From: a bacterium
Lineage (GTDB): Bacteria; SZUA-182; DTGQ01; JAFGSM01
Length of the DNA stretch: 10,207 nt
Direction of reading: 5' to 3'
NCBI GenBank assembly: GCA_049472355.1
Contig: JBLIRP010000112.1
Location: forward strand, 1-10,207
Shown: piece after piece, positions 7,834-10,207 of the stretch
Layout of the letters: every line of letters begins with the position of its first letter
Numbering within the stretch: the stretch's first letter is position 1
Notes under the pieces: generated by a model
What the model saw: the letters and a program-made list of their open reading frames with translations, nothing else
What the model was told of the DNA's origin: nothing
Databases searched by the model: none
Translations under genes and position numbers: made by a program

Positions 7834-8349
7834 ATGCCAATATATGAATTTCTTTGCCCTGAGTGCAATCGTATCTTCAGTTTTTTCTCCAAGTCGTTGA
7901 AGGAGACACGCATCCCTCACTGCCCGCGGTGTAAATCCGACCATATGATCAGGCAGATCTCCCTGGTGTCTCCGCTGCGTACCAAGAAAGGAAGACACAA
8001 CGTGGCGGATTCCGCTTCAGATGCGGAAGGCGATGTACCGCGTTCGCACGATCCCGAAGAGGATGCAAAAATGGAGAAGGCCATGAAGGTGCTGGAAAGG
8101 GAGATGGCAGGGATGGACGAGGAGAATCCAAACCCCCGCCAATTGGGCAGGCTCATGCGAAGGATGTCGGAGATGACCGGCGAACCCATGCCCGAGGAAT
8201 TACACGAGGCGGTCAAGAGACTCGAGGCGGGTGAAGACCCCGAAAAGATAGAGGAGGAGATGGGAGACCTGTTCGGTGAAGGAGAATATGGTGACGATTC
8301 GGGGTATGGCTGCGGCCCCACCAGAGATCCCGGGCTCTATGATCTGTAA
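7834..8349 (+). CDS. FmdB-family zinc-ribbon (CxxC-CxxC) putative regulatory protein with acidic helical C-terminal extension
   Basis: Begins MPIYEFLCPEC...CPRC, the typical FmdB start. Start reassigned from 7783 to 7834 with SD GAGG upstream; 171 aa. Confidence 0.88.
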   Translation: MPIYEFLCPECNRIFSFFSKSLKETRIPHCPRCKSDHMIRQISLVSPLRTKKGRHNVADSASDAEGDVPRSHDPEEDAKMEKAMKVLEREMAGMDEENPNPRQLGRLMRRMSEMTGEPMPEELHEAVKRLEAGEDPEKIEEEMGDLFGEGEYGDDSGYGCGPTRDPGLYDL

Positions 8350-8446
8350 CCGCTGAGCAATCCCGAAGGTTTTCCTTAGCCTCAAGGGTAACAAATCAAA
8401 GGTGCGAATCAAAAAAAGGTATACAGAACCTCGCCACCAAGGTCAT

Positions 8447-8496
8447 AAAAAAGCCGCCACAAATCTTTCAAGCAAACGCTATCCTTATGTGGCGGC
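8447..8496 (-). terminator. Intrinsic terminator for the minus-strand CBM48 transcript
   Basis: 9-bp stem GCCGCCACA (8453-8461) / TGTGGCGGC (8488-8496), 26-nt loop, and A6 at 8447-8452 giving a U-tract on the minus strand. Confidence 0.7.
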
Positions 8497-8562
8497 CATT
8501 GTTATCGCCTCGTAAAAAGACCTTATGGAATCGATGGTCAAAGGGGGGTCGTTCCCCTGGTC

Positions 8563-8973
8563 CTATTTTACGATGATCCTTGCATTCTGGGTCCCGAACG
8601 TATTGGGGACCCTCTGAGCGCTCTTGGGGTCATCGCGCCATTCGCCATCCACAAAAAATCTATAGTCGTATACGCCTGGTTTGAGACTAAGGGAGGTTGT
8701 CCATTCTCCATTATTGGTTTTCATCAAACGGGTCGAATCGGTCTTCCAATTATTAAAATCGCCTGCAAGGGACACCTGATGGGCCTCCGGGGCATAATAG
8801 GAAAACTGGATCGATCTGGTCAATGGCTTGTCAGCGGGTTTTGTCGATGATTTTTGAACCGGCTTTGCTGTGGAATAACTTCCTGATTTGGGAGTAGCGT
8901 TGCCCGCTGTTTTGTTCATCGACATGCTCTGGCTTTTTGCAGCCTTGGTGGTGGTTTTAGGTTTGGTAGCCAT
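8563..8973 (-). CDS. Stand-alone glycogen-binding domain protein (CBM48 / AMPK-beta CBM / isoamylase early-set) with Lys/Thr/Ser-rich N-terminal tail
   Basis: Motifs APEAHQVSLAGDFNNW, GEW...L.PG.Y.YRFFVDGEW..DP and NTFG..N; SD AAGGGGG. Confidence 0.9.
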   Translation of the reverse strand: MATKPKTTTKAAKSQSMSMNKTAGNATPKSGSYSTAKPVQKSSTKPADKPLTRSIQFSYYAPEAHQVSLAGDFNNWKTDSTRLMKTNNGEWTTSLSLKPGVYDYRFFVDGEWRDDPKSAQRVPNTFGTQNARIIVK

Positions 8974-9248
8974 CGTACCCCCCTTTTAAAAGGTTAGCGT
9001 AATACAATTAACGAAAACAGACCGGTGAACGATACACCCTCAAACGTTCAGAGCATATAGAAAAACCTGAAAAAAATCAAGTACGCGGTTCATCATTTCA
9101 ATCAAAAAGCACCACGTACGCCAAGCCCTTTTTTGTAACCGCAGACCTTCTAAATTGTTTTTATGTAATTAAGATCCCTGATCTGTTTGCACCCGCGGAT
9201 CGCTTAAAAAGCCGGGGCTGTGTGTGGCCGTAGGCTATATATAATTTT

Positions 9249-9362
9249 GATCCGGCTAACGTGCTGAACTCATTTGTGGCCGAAGGCCACTCATATTGCT
9301 ATTTTGAACGATCCGGTCAAGGGTCCGAACCCGTTTGTGGCCTGAGGCCGTTCATATTGTTA
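9249..9362. repeat. Degenerate ~60-bp tandem repeats directly downstream of tRNA-Ala
   Basis: gatccggctaacgtgctgaactcatttgtggccgaaggccactcatattgcta (from 9249) aligns without gaps to gatccggtcaagggtccgaacccgtttgtggcctgaggccgttcatattgtta (from 9310). A more eroded third copy lies near 9198-9246. Confidence 0.75.
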
Positions 9363-9369
9363 ATAAGGA

Positions 9370-9441
9370 TGGAGGACACGGGATTTGAACCCGTGACTTC
9401 TGCCTTGCGAAGGCAGCGCTCTCCCGCTGAGCTAGTCCCCC
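9370..9441 (-). tRNA. tRNA-Ala (anticodon CGC), CCA not encoded
   Basis: Cloverleaf GGGGGAC-TA-GCTC-AGCGGGA-GAGC-G-CTGCC-TTCGCAA-GGCAG-AAGTC-ACGGG-TTCAAAT-CCCGT-GTCCTCC-A, with the G3:U70 alanine identity pair and discriminator A. Confidence 0.97.
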
Positions 9442-9483
9442 ATATGCACTTACGCGGATATTTCAAAAATTCTTCGACTATTA

Positions 9484-9512
9484 TTAATAACATGGTTTCC
9501 ATGCTGCGTCAA
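9484..9512 (-). promoter_or_regulatory. Probable tRNA promoter
   Basis: TTGACG (9512-9507), 17-nt spacer, TGnTATTAA (-10 at 9489-9484), about 40 nt upstream of the mature tRNA 5' end. Confidence 0.5.
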
Positions 9513-9768
9513 TGCACATCCGTCCCCTTCCCTTCCCACAACGTAAATTGGAGGCTGCCTGCTGAAGAGTCGGAAACATTCCCTGCCCTGCGCTTCATCC
9601 TATCCGATTCAGGGGGACATCTTTCAAAATGTCGTCAGATGTGGTACACTTTGTTTTACAAATCAACGAATTTATGTGAATTTCCAAACCGCTGTGGGTG
9701 TTCCCCCACAGTTGATAAAGTGCGGGCATATGTCCTCTCAGATACATAGAGATCCCCCTCCACACGGT

Positions 9769-10207
9769 ATGATTGTCTGTCCACGGTGCAGCAGGAGCCT
9801 TGACGGCAAGGATATCAATTTCTGTCCCTCCTGCGGAACCAGGGTATCCGATGGTCAGCAGATGGATTCCCCCTCTTTTTCCCCCTCTCCGGACAGGGGA
9901 GACTCTCATCCGGATACACAACCGGCCAGTGCCGGATTCTGGATCAGGATGCTCGCATTCTGGCTGGATGCACTGGTCATTCTCTCAATCGCCATTATCA
10001 TTGGAAGCCTTACCTATTCGACCTTTATCGGAAAGGCGCTCTTTCCCAACCGGGATAAGGCGTGCCTCTTTTTCACCATCCTGTTCATCATGTACCACGC
10101 CCTCTTCCTGGGCAGGTTCAGGACAACCCCGGGTAAGCGTTTTTTCGGGCTTGCCGTTTCGCCGATGAACCCTTCCCGTTGGTTCGGTTATTCAGACGCC
10201 TTTCTCA
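9769..10207 (+). CDS. RDD-family membrane protein with N-terminal zinc ribbon (3' truncated by window edge)
   Basis: My translation: MIVCPRCSRSLDGKDINFCPSCGTRV...ASAGFWIRMLAFWLDALVI...YHALFLGRFRTTPGKRFFGLAV, showing the RDD motifs AGFWxR..A...D and TPGK...GL.V. In-frame alternative ATG at 9730. Absent from the ORF track because there is no stop in the window. Confidence 0.88.
   Translation, partial: MIVCPRCSRSLDGKDINFCPSCGTRVSDGQQMDSPSFSPSPDRGDSHPDTQPASAGFWIRMLAFWLDALVILSIAIIIGSLTYSTFIGKALFPNRDKACLFFTILFIMYHALFLGRFRTTPGKRFFGLAVSPMNPSRWFGYSDAFL

Noticed and set aside
9249..9365. Possible integron attC sites (GTTAGCC on the minus strand)
   Set aside because: No complete RYYYAAC...GTTRRRY pairing in either unit, no cassette ORFs between them and no intI. 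Similarity to the tRNA 3' end explains them better.
9670..9720. DnaA-box-like words and CTGTGGG/CCCACAG hairpin suggesting an origin
   Set aside because: No exact TTATCCACA match or box cluster, and no origin-associated genes nearby.
9261..9749. 162-aa ORF and the overlapping 9317-9502 and 9595-9921 ORFs
   Set aside because: They overlap the tRNA or lie antisense to the RDD gene and show no protein-like motifs.
9773..10168. 131-aa plus-strand ORF from the track
   Set aside because: Wrong frame; the frame starting at 9769 gives a clear zinc-ribbon plus RDD protein.

Overview
Bacterial chromosomal window, GC-rich in the coding regions with AT-richer intergenic DNA; the style suggests a Deltaproteobacteria/Desulfobacterota-like organism (inference only). 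Most of it is one minus-strand operon: exported TPR protein (528 aa), very large exported TPR protein (~1017 aa), exbB/tolQ, exbD/tolR, tonB-like transducer and tsaE, with no TonB-dependent outer-membrane receptor in the operon. The giant TPR protein carries a TonB-box-like peptide (LPEVIVLG) just after its predicted signal-peptide cleavage site, suggesting a proton-motive-force motor that acts on a periplasmic TPR scaffold. To the right are a divergent FmdB-type zinc-ribbon gene, a stand-alone CBM48 glycogen-binding gene with a basic tail, tRNA-Ala(CGC) followed by ~60-bp degenerate repeats containing eroded copies of the tRNA 3' end, and the 5' part of a zinc-ribbon/RDD gene. At the left are a 41-bp REP-like direct repeat, a long structured leader and the first 13 codons of another minus-strand gene.
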